A DNA stretch of 64,000 bases from Eledone cirrhosa (Eukaryota): positions 26,908,001 to 26,972,000 of the forward strand of contig OZ024747.1 in NCBI GenBank assembly GCA_964016885.1, read 5' to 3'. The position numbers were made by a program, and so were the translations under genes. Shown one piece after another: positions 13,370 through 26,300 of this stretch (positions are counted from its first letter, which is position 1; each line of letters begins with the position of its first letter). Below the pieces are notes generated by a model. The model ran no database searches and was not told the origin of the DNA. It worked only from the letters and a program-made list of their open reading frames with translations.

Positions 13370-16300
13370 ATGTATTCTTCATGGTCATCACTTAGCAGTT
13401 TGAGCAGTAAAAGACTGAATGTTGTCACTCTCTACAACCTTTTTCCTTATGACAAGAAAGGCAGAGATCGGTGCCAAGAGGCTGCCAGAATTCTTTTACT
13501 GAATGCTATCAAAATGGAACCAAATGTCCATGAAATATTCTTTGCTAACACAAAACCAAATCCTTTGTACCAGGAAATTGACCAGAGAGGTTTTCCACTG
13601 TCTAAATTATCCACAGCCATCTTGGCTGAAGGAATCTGCAGACACAAAGATGAGTTTCGCTTTCACACAACTATTAGAAGGACAGAAGTGAGCAAATACT
13701 TACATGAGATATATTCAGGGATATCGTGGAAAAAACTGGGTAAGTTTTGGTCAAAACTAATTTTTTTTTCTTGAAATTCCACAGTCCACTCCAGCAATAC
13801 ACAGCACTCCACTTCAGCAATACACTACATACTACATAAGCAGTGCACTTCATTACTGTCCAGCCATACATTATACTCCAGTAGACTTCTCTCCAGAAAT
13901 GCATCCTACTGCACTCCAGCAATAGACTTCATTCTACTCCAGTAAAACACTAACCACTCATTAGTCACATCAGGGACATGACAACCTCTCTAGTGCTGAT
14001 GATCTACATGATAAATGCATCCAGTACATTCTGTAAAGTGTTTGGTGATAAAAAAAGGCATCTAGACCTAGAAAACTTTCCACTCAAACAATCAGGAAAA
14101 CTCTTCAGTTGTGTCAAGGACATGACAAATTCTCCAGTACTAGTGCCATGATAAAATGAATTCAGTAAAGAGCAGGATGATATGTAAGTGAGACGTAGGC
14201 TCCCAGCCCATCAGAGGTCTGTTAAGACCCATCTAATCCTTGCTAGCAAGAAAAACGGACATTAAATGATGTTGATGGTACACATACACACACACATACA
14301 TACATGCATGCGTGCATACGTGTGTGTACATACATTTCTACAATTTTCCAACCTCCTACCAACAGGTTTCTGTCTCTATACACTTGTCTATCCACAAGTT
14401 GTGAAAGAAGAATCTTCCAGAATATGCTTCAAAGACTACATAGAGAATGGTGGGTAAGTGGTTGTTTTATTTGCCTCATCTCTTTTTTTATGTTATGTAC
14501 TGTACATACTGTGTAGTGGTAGTACATTGTACTGTAGTGGTGGTACATTGTAGTGTAGTGGTGGTATGTTGTACTGTAACATAGTGTAGAGTAGTGGTAC
14601 ATAATGCTGTAGAGTTGTGTAGTGGTACATTGAACTGTAGTGTAGGGTAGTGTAGTGTCTGTGAAATGGCATTAGTTGTAACTGATAACAAGGAAATGTG
14701 AGATATGGTTTATTCAGCCTGTCGGATTTTTTTTTTTGTATGCAATGGTCAAGTTGTTGAGTTAAACTGGACGTTGGATTTAATGCCATGACTAGAGTCA
14801 GAATCAGAGATTGGAATGAGTTATCAACAAAGGTAAGGACAATATAAAAAATAAGTTTGCATTGTTTACACTGCCTTCCTTGACTCACTAGAATATTTTT
14901 GTCTGTGTGTATGTTAGGACTGAATGGGCTGAGCAATTACTACAGTGGCTGAAACAACCAGAGTGGACACGATTAATACTAAAACGAATCATAACTGGTC
15001 AGTGCAGTGAAGAACAATACAACATAGAGATGAACAATCTATTTGTTAAATTTCATCTTCTTGATCCTGCCTATGTGATACAAGCTTACTGTTTCTTGAA
15101 CCAGCAAAAAGGTGAGTAGTTTTCAATCAACCAAACAAGCATTATAGGGCCCGAGTCAATGTCTGTTTAACAACTATATAGCTCTGCTTTCTGGAACAAA
15201 CTGATTGTATAGTGTCTGCTTAGAGAGACAAGAGCAGAATGAATTTGACAAACAGCAAATGACCTCTAATTGGATATTTCTCCAGACAAGCTGGAACCTA
15301 GTCCTGAACAAAGGAAAATGAACCTTTATGTAGCCAAAAGGTGAGCATGTGGGATCACACTGATCTATTTAGCCAACATGAGAAGAAAAGTTCAAATTAC
15401 TGCAACAAGGGGAGCACCTATAACTCTTTTCAGAGCCCTTGAGAGTGATAGGAGAAGGATATCCTCAAACTGGAGGTCTTACTTGAATGCTTGCAACAGA
15501 GTGGAGTTTTGTACATTTAGTAGCTTAAAGACCCCCTTTAGTCATGTATGACCATGGGATTTTCACCTTGAAACTTTCCCTTCTGAGGTACAAGTTCAAG
15601 CGGGGGGGGGGGGGGGGGGGGGGGGAATAGATCAGCAGTCACACATGCATACCAGTCTCCCCTCTCCACACCACCGATGGTGTCCATGGGAAAGGCAAAG
15701 GGTGGTACAGCTTGGCACCAGTGATACCACAACTCATTTCAACAGCTGAATTAACTGCAGCAACATGAAATAAAGTGTCTAACACAATGCATCTGGTCCA
15801 GGTATCGAACTCACAACCTCATGATTGTTAGATGCTCTAACCACTAAGCCATGCACTCGAAAGTTTGAAAAACAGATGTAAAGCAATAATTCAAATTCTC
15901 AAGTAGTGAGAGAGATTAACCTTCTCCTTTGATACCAGCCCAGACAAAATCAGCACTAGTTCTATGAAACAAAAAACATTTTAAAGTGGTCTGCTTAATT
16001 TAAATTCTTACAAATACTATCTTAGTAATGAAATAATTTATAATTTAAAAATTCTTCATTAATTAATTGAAATAGAGTGTATTTCATTTTAAAAAACAGT
16101 CACAAAAGAATTACATTAGCTGTTTTGCTCCTCCTCCAAAACCTACAGCATTGTGTCTATCTAAGAAATCCTTGTTTCTATAACAACACTAAGGAAAACC
16201 ATTTTTTGTCATTTTTTTTTTCAGCTCTTCCCCAGGTCCATCTTGAACTTGTGACCCGTAACTACTTAGGTGGAGCCTTTGACTGGACAATATTTAAAGA

Positions 16301-16499
16301 AGACATCAATCGAGCAATCCATGTCCCTTCACCATTTGATATGTCATCTCGACTCAGCCTTGATTTAAATGATGTCTTTTATGGTGTCAGGGTTGATGAG
16401 TTCATTGTGACAGAATGTCGAAATATTGGGGTTTGGAATGGAAAACGACCACATAACCATCAAGTGCTGCGCTTTAAGGATCGATGTGTGGTCATGTGA
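13370..16499 (+). CDS. Uncharacterised 308-aa protein with C-terminal CaaX box (CVVM)
   Basis: Coding exons 13370-13739, 14366-14453, 14918-15111, 16225-16499; all GT-AG with phases 1,2,1, giving a 927-nt uninterrupted frame ending QVLRFKDRCVVM*. Probable 5'UTR exon 12822-12903 (poly-T CAG acceptor, AG/GTAAG donor). I do not recognise the family. Confidence 0.85.
15730..15860 (-). mobile_element. CORE-type SINE fragment
   Basis: AACATGAAATAAAGTGTCT...ACACAATGC...TCGAACTCACAACC...CTCTAACCACTAAGCC is a tRNA head plus CORE-like segment on the minus strand; relatives at ~27840-27960 (+) and 59070-59205 (-). Confidence 0.6.
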
Positions 16500-16759
16500 G
16501 AGATATACATTAAACAAACACTGTAGTTAACTGGGGTACATGCTGGACAGTCCAAGTGCTGCGTTTGAATGACCTATGTGTACTCATGTGAGAGATATGC
16601 ATTCAATAAACAATGTAGCTGTGAGTATATGTTGGCCAACTGACACAAGGTTTGTGATTTCATGATTTTATGCATCTTACTGTTATTGTACTTTCCGTAA
16701 TTGTAATTGGGGTGGTATTGCAGTTGCTCACATAAATATTCTATACCCATAATTAAGTA

Positions 16760-18600
16760 ATCCCCCTACATCAGGAATAGGACTACTGCTACATACAAAG
16801 ACATCGTTGACCCACATCAGGAATAGGACTACTGCTACATACAAAGACATCGTTGACCCACAATGGAGTTCTGCTCCCACATCAGGAATAGTGGTACTGC
16901 TACATACAAAGACATTGTTGACCCACAATGGAGTATTCCTCATACATATGGAATGGTGCTGCTTACATGGATGTCCTAGACCCACAACTGAGTACTGCTC
17001 CCACACAAGGCTGCCAAAACTTTTTTCTCAATAGTACCAAAAACTTTGTTTAAAAAGTTCCAAAATATACAAAACATACCAAATCCAATTACATCAATAT
17101 GAAACTCCATAAATGTTTTTACATTTACATTATATATTTTAATTAAAAAGAAATGTCTTCTTCCACACTTTTTTTGCTGTATCAGCTTCTTTCTTGCAGT
17201 TTGAGACAAAGCGGCTGTTGTGGACACAACATTTTGCGGCAGAGACCTTGATCTTAGCAGAGCATTAAATGTTGATGTTTTTTAAAACATTGCGATTTTT
17301 TGTTTTTATGTTGTTGAGAAGGGACAAAACTCTTCCTGCAGCTGATGAAGAATGTGGCAAAGAAGCTGCATCATAGACTTAGATAGTAACAAGTATCGAT
17401 ATATGTCACCACATTTTTCTTGAGAAACAAGAAACCATTATTTCTCAGGTTCATTTTGTGCATTAAGAAATGCGCCTTAGCAAGTCAATTCCCTCCATTC
17501 TCTATTTATTTGGTCTTCATGCACAAGGTTGGAAAATTTCATTGTCAATGGTATGATCGATTTTAGTTTATCTTCAATAACATTGGTTGGGTCTAAAGCT
17601 TCAAGTCGCTCCAAATTTGTAAGCATATCAGATAAGAAGCATTGAAAGGCACAGAAACTCAATATTTTTACTCAAAATTCTTGTAACTCTTTTTGGGGAA
17701 AAATACTTTCTGCAGTGGCACTATAATAGATGTCTTCTATTTTAAAGTATGAAGAATCATTCACATTTTCTTTACTGATATCATTCAGTTTCAATAACTC
17801 TCTTTTAGTGAAGTTACTGAGAATAGCTTTTATTCTGGTGTTAGTGGACTTTAGTAACTTATGAATTCTATGTTTCTGCCTGGAATTCCAAATTGAGCTC
17901 ATCAATGAATGGTAAAATAGAAGCAAGGAAAACAAAATATAGTTGTCTTCCAAGAATTTGTCTTTATCTATATTTAGATGTCCTTGCATATTGTCAGCGC
18001 TATCTATTCAAGTAAAACGTCCACTGATCAATTGTGAGCAAATAGTGTATTATCATTGGCTGCCAGGATAATACAGAAGATGGTTGGCTATCGATTTGAA
18101 ATACTACATAGAAGAGTATTGATGTCAAGTGAGATCTGGCAGGCAAATACTTTTAATGGATAGCTTCACAACATAAAAGTTGTCATAGCTGATGAATGGT
18201 AAATCGTTATATAGGGATTTTAGAATATCAATTAAGCCAAATTAACAAAGCAAGTACAATCTCTAAAACATATTAAAAAAAGCTGGATGTGGTACCAAAA
18301 ACTAAAATTAAGGGCAAATAGTACCAAATTTGTACGAATGTACCAACTTCAGCAGTGCTGCTCCCACATTTTGGACAGTGCTACTGCTACACACAGACAT
18401 AATAAACCCACAATAGAGTACTGTTCCTACATTTGAGATAGTGTTGTTGCTGATACAGACTGACATCATAGACCTGCAATGAAGTACTGCTCCCACATCT
18501 GGAACAGTGCTGCTGCTACAGAGATATCCTGGACCGACAATAGAGTACTTTCCCCACACCTGGGACAGTGCTGTTGTTGCTACACACAGATATCATTGGC
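16760..18600. repeat. ~58-bp minisatellite split by a hAT insertion
   Basis: Units GACCCACAATGGAGTACTGCTCCCACATCAGGAA.AGTG.TACTGCTACA at 16760-17005 and 18361-18600. Confidence 0.85.
17006..18360 (-). mobile_element. Decayed hAT DNA transposon (transposase C-terminal remnant)
   Basis: 8-bp direct repeat CTCCCACA at 16998-17005 and 18361-18368; imperfect termini CAAGGCTGCC / GCAGTGCTG; minus-strand translation SLPHSSSAAGRVLSLLNNIKTKNRNVL matches the hAT dimerisation motif; many stops and frameshifts. Confidence 0.8.
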
Positions 18601-20318
18601 CAGATCCAGTGTAAAACCACTCAGCTAACAGGTGTAAAGTCACTCCAGACACACTAAAATCTCTAGCCCACCAATGTACTCCTCCTGTTTTTTCTACCAT
18701 TATGACAATGGTCTCTGCTATTTGGAGCTAGCTAATCTCATGCCTCCTCCACCCACTCTGGCTATTCTAACTCATTCATCTCTCCTCCTTTAATCAACCA
18801 TGTTGTATTCAACCTTCCAAACCCTACACTAACCACTATACTCTGTCCTTCCTGTCCATAATGTCAGCTCTCGAGAAGAATTTCTTCTTTGCTTATGTCT
18901 TTTCCAAAGTAGTGGACTTGCAAGGTTTTGAACTATATAAATGGATAAATACAACTATTGTTGATTGAAATAGGATTTTTATTTTTTGCCATAAGAAAAA
19001 CAAAGTTGAATGTTGATTGACAAATAGTTTTATATGAAGATAATTTGGTGCATTTATAAAGATTTTCTCTGGACAAGGGTGGCCAAAAAATATAAATTAA
19101 AAAAAAAAGGAAAACAGTAGTTGTCTTGATATCACATTTTTTAGAAACAATTGTTCCACCAAACAGAACAACTATTGATGTCTGCAGACTTTTATCTTTG
19201 AGACGGCTTTCTAGAAAGGAATGTTACAAACAGTGAATAACAAGATGAAATGTCATTCAGATAAAGCAGTTACATCATGGAAGAATCATTTTAGCCACAG
19301 TTGCACCTGTCTGGCAAATGGCTTGATCTGAGATTCTATATTGAAACTAAAGCAGTTACATCATAGAAGAAGGTAATTTTAGCCACAGTTGTACTTATCT
19401 GGCAAGCAATTGGATCTGAGACTGTATTAAAATTAAAGCAAACAATTACAGCATGGAAGAAGGTAATTTTAAGCATTCATAAAAACACATAAATTTGTTA
19501 ACTTTACTGTCAGTAACATAACAGTGTTATGAACATTTCCACACCAAGAAATGTACACATGACAAATGTAAAGTGAAGTTAACAGTTTTTGTGTCTTTTG
19601 GATGGCTAAAAATGACTTCTGCCTATGATGCAATTGCTTGAGTTTCAACACATGCTCTCAGATTGTCACTTGTCAGACAAGTACAACTATGGCTAAAACG
19701 AGTCTTTTGTGATGTAATCACTTTAATTCCAACACACATTCTCATATCAAGTTACTTGCCAGACAACTACAACTCCGACATTCAGATATAATTTTCTTTC
19801 AAACGTATATATATATATATATATATATATTTAATTAGTTTATAAATCAAACTCTGTGGAACATTGTGGATTTGAAAAAAAAGGAGAATGGAATGGATGG
19901 AGAAAAAATGTCTAGAAGTAAAAACAATTACATCTAATTCTTTTCACTTTCTTCAATAAAATTGGACTAAAATCTAGCTTCGGTTCACTCTTTTCTTTTC
20001 ACCAAATAATTTCTTTCTTGTTTTTCTTCCAAAGACATTGTTAACCAACTATCAATGGTTGAAATATTTTGATTCTTTTAAAAAAGTTTCCCTTCTTCTA
20101 TTGATTTTTCTTTTCCTTAATCATATATCTTCCTCTGTGAGATCAATATTGGTTTAGACAGAAAGTCTGGTTAGTATCAGAATCAAGTGAGGCATGGTCA
20201 GTTGGCTTATAACACATTTTCAGTTGAGTTCTTTTTGCTTTCTTTTATAATAAAAGTGTTTAAAATTGGAATCTCATGTTCAAAGTTCAATATTTTAATA
20301 TGAAGAATGGTGAAACAG

Positions 20319-23300
20319 TTATAAGAGATCGTAGAAATAATCCAAACCTTGTCCTATCTCCCAGATCGATATACCTGTGTGTAAATATTCTGCTAGTTCT
20401 AGTCGGGCTTTGATTGACATCAATGTTGGATAGTAGACAATATGTTGACCAATTCCACTCTTGTATTGTATTGTATGTTCAACACTGTTTTTGTCCCATT
20501 TTACCTCAGGTTTATGTTTCTTTAAGATTTCAATATATCTGAAAGTATAACCAAGACAGAGATTTATGGTTAAATTCTTCTCACAAAACATTTTAATTTT
20601 AATTGATTTCATATATTGGGTTGAAAGGACCCTTTAGTTGTTACGTCAAGAGCATAACAACCTGTTTAGTGATGGTGCCACTATAAAATGCACCCAGTAC
20701 ACTCTGTCAAATGTAGTAACATATGTAAGAAAAGTGCAACTCTCAGCCCATCGGTAAGAATAGATTTAATGGTGACTGGGTTTGTGATAACCCATCCAGT
20801 CTATGCTATAAACATATAGCATCACCAATTCAACATACACTATCATCATAGCAACATATACTGTTATTATGTGATATATATTACAATAGCAAAGGTGCAA
20901 GGTACAGTGGTTAAGGTATAAATATGTGACAAAAAAAAAAAAAAAAAAAAGAGATCGATTGTAAAATGGAAGTTGGCTTATATTCGAGGTCAATATTTTG
21001 CCAATTTTCAACAACTTCAATTGTATATAAATAGGGTGCTAAAATATCTGGAGTGATTATTTTACAATGAAACATTGTTTCTCTACATTTGAAAAAGACA
21101 CTAAGAAAATACATCATCATCGTTTAACGTCCATCTTCCACACTAGCATGGGAACAAGTTTCAGCCAGTTGGCTGAGGCCATGTTGGGGCAATGGTTCTA
21201 TGGTTCCATAGTTTGGAATATAGGAAAATATCTTAATACTTACTTGTTTCCAATAATTGGTTCTCCAGAGCCAGGAACAAAGTCGTAGCCATAAAAATTG
21301 AATCCCAGTAGAATCTTCTTTCTTAGAGTTGTATTTAATACTGGCACTAGATTCTCAACGCACATTTTCATCCAAGCAAGAGGACTGTTTGGACCAGGCC
21401 TGTGGATAATTAAACAATATGTAGCTAAATAATAATAATAATAATTTTTACCTTTGACAGAGAATTACAAGTAAATACACAAATAAAAAAAAAAGAGATA
21501 AATAGATAATTATTGAAGCTATACAATGTTACTGATCAGTTTCCTCTCAACTAAGATTCATTGGACTGTGCTGATAACTTTCCATTGAGACGAAAATGAT
21601 CAGTAACTGTGAGACATTGTATGCCTTCAGTATAATGCATACTCTACTTATGTATTGAGTTCTCTTTCTCGGAAAGGTAGCCACTATCAATATTATAATA
21701 TACAGGTTCAATGCAGCCAACTGACCTGTCCCTCCTCATAACGGAGCCATCCAGTTCCACACTGTAAATATGGTTGGTGTTAGGAAGGGCATCCAGTTGT
21801 AAAATACATTTCATTCAAATTAAATCGACCCCCACCACCTTCATAAAGTCAGAGATATATTTGCAATTTCTTTTTTCAAACTCGGTTTCTTAACAACAGA
21901 ATATCCTTTTCTCCCATATTTATATTGAAACTCTTAAACTGAATGAATGACTAATACTTACTTATATGAATTTGAATAATCATATGTCATCAGACTGAAC
22001 TGATCAATGTGGGGTGAAAGAGCATCAAAGTCCTTCTTGTTGAACATTCCTTCAGTACTGTAACAGAACAGTTATTAATTAATATACACCAGAAACAACA
22101 ATTATTTGAAAATCATAGGCAGTGTCATTCTTTAGAAATATGGCAACCTTTTCATTACCATATTTCTAAAGAAAGACACTGCCAATGATTTTAGATAATT
22201 TTGAAAATAATCAAGAATCTGGAGGAATTTAGTGATATAACTAACCTTCTCTTTATTAAGTTGGTAAATAGAACATAACATAAGAAAGGTTTTTACATAA
22301 AATTATGATAGAAGGTTTTTAGATAAAGATATAAACTTTAACCCTTTAGCATTCACATTACTCTATATATACTATAAAACTGCTACAACTCTGGGAAACT
22401 AAACCAGAACAACCTGCCACCCTCTAAACACCATCATAAACTGCGAGCAGGGTACAAATTGTTGTCCTTAAATGCTCGCAGTTTATGCAACAAGATACAT
22501 CTGTTCGAATCCTACGTCAGAAGCATCGACCCTGACTTCATCACAGTCACGGAAACATGGGCACATTCCTTACTCTGTGATGGGGTTTTCAGCATTACTG
22601 GGTACAACCTTTTCCGCAAGGACCGCATTAACCGCCGTGGTGGTGGTGTGATGGTCTACGTTCGTTCAAACTTTTCGGTAATTCCTTGCGTTGATTTGAA
22701 CGAATCACAGGAAGAAGTTTTTTTTTCTGTGACATACGTATGACCATGTCAACACTTCTGCTTGGTGTTGTTTATCGCCCTCCAAACTACCATCAGGACA
22801 CACAGCTTTGCGATATCCTCAGAGTTGCTGCCAAGAAAACAGCCACTTATGTGTTTATTGCAGGTGACTTCAATCATCCTGAGATCAATTGGGAAACCTT
22901 TCGTTGGCCACAAGGTGCAAACGATTTCCTTGAACTAGTGCTGGACTCAAACTGGTCACAAGTAGTCACCTCTCCAACAAGAGGTGACAACACTTTGGAC
23001 CTGATCTTCACCACTACTCCTGAAGTGGTTATCAGTTGTACTACTGAGGAACCTCTAGGCGACTCTGATCATGCTATGATCATTGCCAATCTGGCACTTG
23101 AGGGCAGCAACAAAAACCAGAGCCATCTCCAATCTGCTTGCTTTGATTGGAAGAGGGTGGATTGGAACTTGTACTGCACTAAGCTGCAGCGCCCAAACTG
23201 GCATGAGATGTATAACTCTGGAGATGTGAACTCTATACTCCAGAGCATCCTGGACTCAATATGGATAGCGTGTGCAGCATCAGTGCCACGGAAGCGGAAA

Positions 23301-26300
23301 AATAACCACCCCAAAAGTGCAATCTGGGAAACCTCAGCGGTCCGACTTGCCAGGAAAGAACGTCGGAACGCTGAATGGGAATATAAACTGCATAAATCAG
23401 ATGCCAACAGAAAAAAACGGAATAAATCTTCTAACCATCTCAAGCAAATGACAAAGAAGGCAGTGCTTGAATTTGAACAGTGCATCGCAACCAATCCTGA
23501 CAGTAAGGTGTTCTGGAAATATGTTCATTCAAAGCAGAGACCTCACTCTCCAGTTGGTCCTCTTCGCAATCCCCACACAAGCCAGATCACTGATGATCCC
23601 AAGGAATGTGCAGAACTCATTGCTGAGTGCTATGCAAGTATTTTTACTGTTGAAAACCAGAATGTACCATCTCCACCATCTCTAACATCAAATTCCATAA
23701 CAACTATGGAATTTACACCTGCAATGTTGCGACGTCACCTTAAGAATAAGCGCAACTATGCCTCCCCTGGTCTTGATGGTGTGACATACCTGCTTCTCAA
23801 ACGTGGCGGGTATTTCCTTTTGCGCCAGCTTTCTTTCTTCTTTCAATACTGTCTCAACAATGGTGCTACTCCGGAGCAGTGGAAAACTGCCAGTGTCATT
23901 CCCCTGTTCAAAAAGGGCAACCGCATGTCACCTGTCAACTATCGTCCAGTCAGTCTTACTAGCTGTATGGCCAAACTGATGGAATCCTGTGTCAGAGAAA
24001 CACTTTGGAACTTCTGGAGCTCTCACAGCCTCATCCGGCCCTCACAGTTTGGATTTATCCCTAACTCAAGCTGCTGTGATCAGCTTATCGAGTTCCTTGA
24101 GGACATCACCCGGATCACTGACAGCGGCTCATGGGTGGATGTTCTTTGCTAAGGCTTTTAATTCTGTGCCACACAAAAGACTTATGGCAAAACTCTCTGC
24201 AATGGGTGTGAGGGATGATCTTTTCGACTGGTTGAAATCCTTCATTCTCAGCCGAAAAGAAGTAGTCACGGTTCTAGGTCAGCATTCTTCACCATATGAG
24301 ATGTCATCTGGTGTACCACAGGGATCTGTTCTTGGTCCTCTTTTGTTTGTGGCATATATTAATGACATAGATGCCAACTTACAGAATGCCACGGTACTAA
24401 AATATGCAGATGACATGAAGCTGTACCTTGAAATCAAAAGGACTGATCCTGAAATTTACAACTCTTTCCTACAATCAGACCTAGACACAATGCAGCAATG
24501 GATCACATACTGGCAACTGAAGCTGGCTGTGGACAAGTGTACCACCATGCATTTTGGAAGGAAAAATCCAGCGTCCACATACTCCCTCCACAACACTGAT
24601 ATCAAAAAGTCCTCTTGTGAACGTGACCTGGGCATTACTGTCAGCAACGATTTGCGTTGGACAAAGCATGTCTCTAAGATTGTCAAGAAGGCCGAGGATG
24701 TCTTGGCATCACTCAGCAAGACCTTTGTTAGCCGCTCTCCAGCCATCTATTTAAAACTGTATACAGCTATGGTGCGACCACACTTGGAATTCGCATCATC
24801 AGTCTGGAACCCCTATCTTGCTCAGAACATTGACCTCCTGGAAACTGTTCAGAGACGTGCAACCGAGCGCATACCCTCCATCAGACACCTACCATACTCT
24901 GAACGCCTTGCTTCCCTGGGCATGGATTCATTGAAGCTCCGACGTCTGGCAATGGACTTGGTGAATACCCACAAAGTGTTTAACCATCTTGCCAATTGCA
25001 ACCCTGAGCGCCTCTTTGATCTCCATGTGTCTAACACACGTGGACATGCCTACAAGATCAGAAAACAGCACAGCTCCCATGACTTTCGTAGACATTTTTT
25101 CACGCTCAGAGTTGCTGAAGCATGGAACAAACTGCCTGCGTCAATTGTTAGCTGCCGAGACACTGCATCCTTTAAGACACTCATGCTTCCCGAAATACGC
25201 CAAAACTACACCTGATGTACCCCTTCCATACACATGCACACATGTGTGTATCACGACTCGTGCACTGTTCATTTTACTGATGTTTGTGCATTGCCCTATG
25301 TACTGTACATGCACTTTTTTGATGAGTTGTGGTGCACCTGGGCACTGTACACAATATTTCATTATTGTTATTGTTATTATATCATGACTCATACACTGTT
25401 CATTTTCCTGACACTTTATTATTTTATGTACTATACATGCACCTTTGATGAGTTGTAGTGTACCTGAGCACTGTACACAATAATTTCATTATTATTTATT
25501 TTATATTTTCATGGTAAAGGCTTTACCTCACATAATATCGAATCTATGAGATTTTGAAAGTATTTATTTTGAGAACAATACCTTAACATCGGTTTGAGCG
25601 ACCAGTTACAGCCAGTTTCAACAGAAAGAGGTAGAGAATTCTGGCAGGTTTTGGCCAGTTTGAACATTAAAGGGTTAAAAGGAGCAGTTTTGGGGTGGTT
25701 TAAACAGTTTGGTATAAAAAAAATTAAATATTTCACACACTGACATGCAATTCAGAAATTGAAAGCATGGATTTGTAGAATGGTAGAAATTCTTACCCAG
25801 ATTCCGAGGATGGAGGAATAACAAGAATTAGAACACGACCTGCTTCTCGGAACATCTGACCCATGTGAGTCAAAAAATGAATCAAATCCCTAGAAAATTT
25901 AAAGATAAAAAAGACACTATATGTGTGTGTGTATACATACACAGATGTGGGTATAAATGAAAGAAAAGAGCAATCAACATGTAATACAGAAGTTAAGAGT
26001 ATATATATTAACAGTTGACTTATTTCTGCATTACCAGTGATTTCATAAATGTAAACATGTCTAACTCCTTCAGATACCTGTAAATAATAATTATATTCAC
26101 CTCCAATAAATGAACTGTACTTATTCAATGCTCCCTACTATATACAGTAATACAGAAGATCCGACTTCCCACGGGCACAGGCCGAAGCTGAAGCATACAT
26201 ACAGTATGTCCCACCCTCCCACTGTATAGTGGTCATGTAAGTATCACAACAAAAAGCCCCCAGTACTCACTGTAAATGAGATTAGCATTAGGAAGGGCAT

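Noticed and set aside
15601-15626. Long G run (also ~31564-31582) as a G-quadruplex element
   Set aside because: Simple homopolymers inside repeats, with length unreliable in assemblies; no further support.
16760-18600. CRISPR-like appearance of regularly spaced repeats (also 30170-30770)
   Set aside because: Whole units are similar to each other with no unique spacers, there are no cas genes, and the context is eukaryotic.
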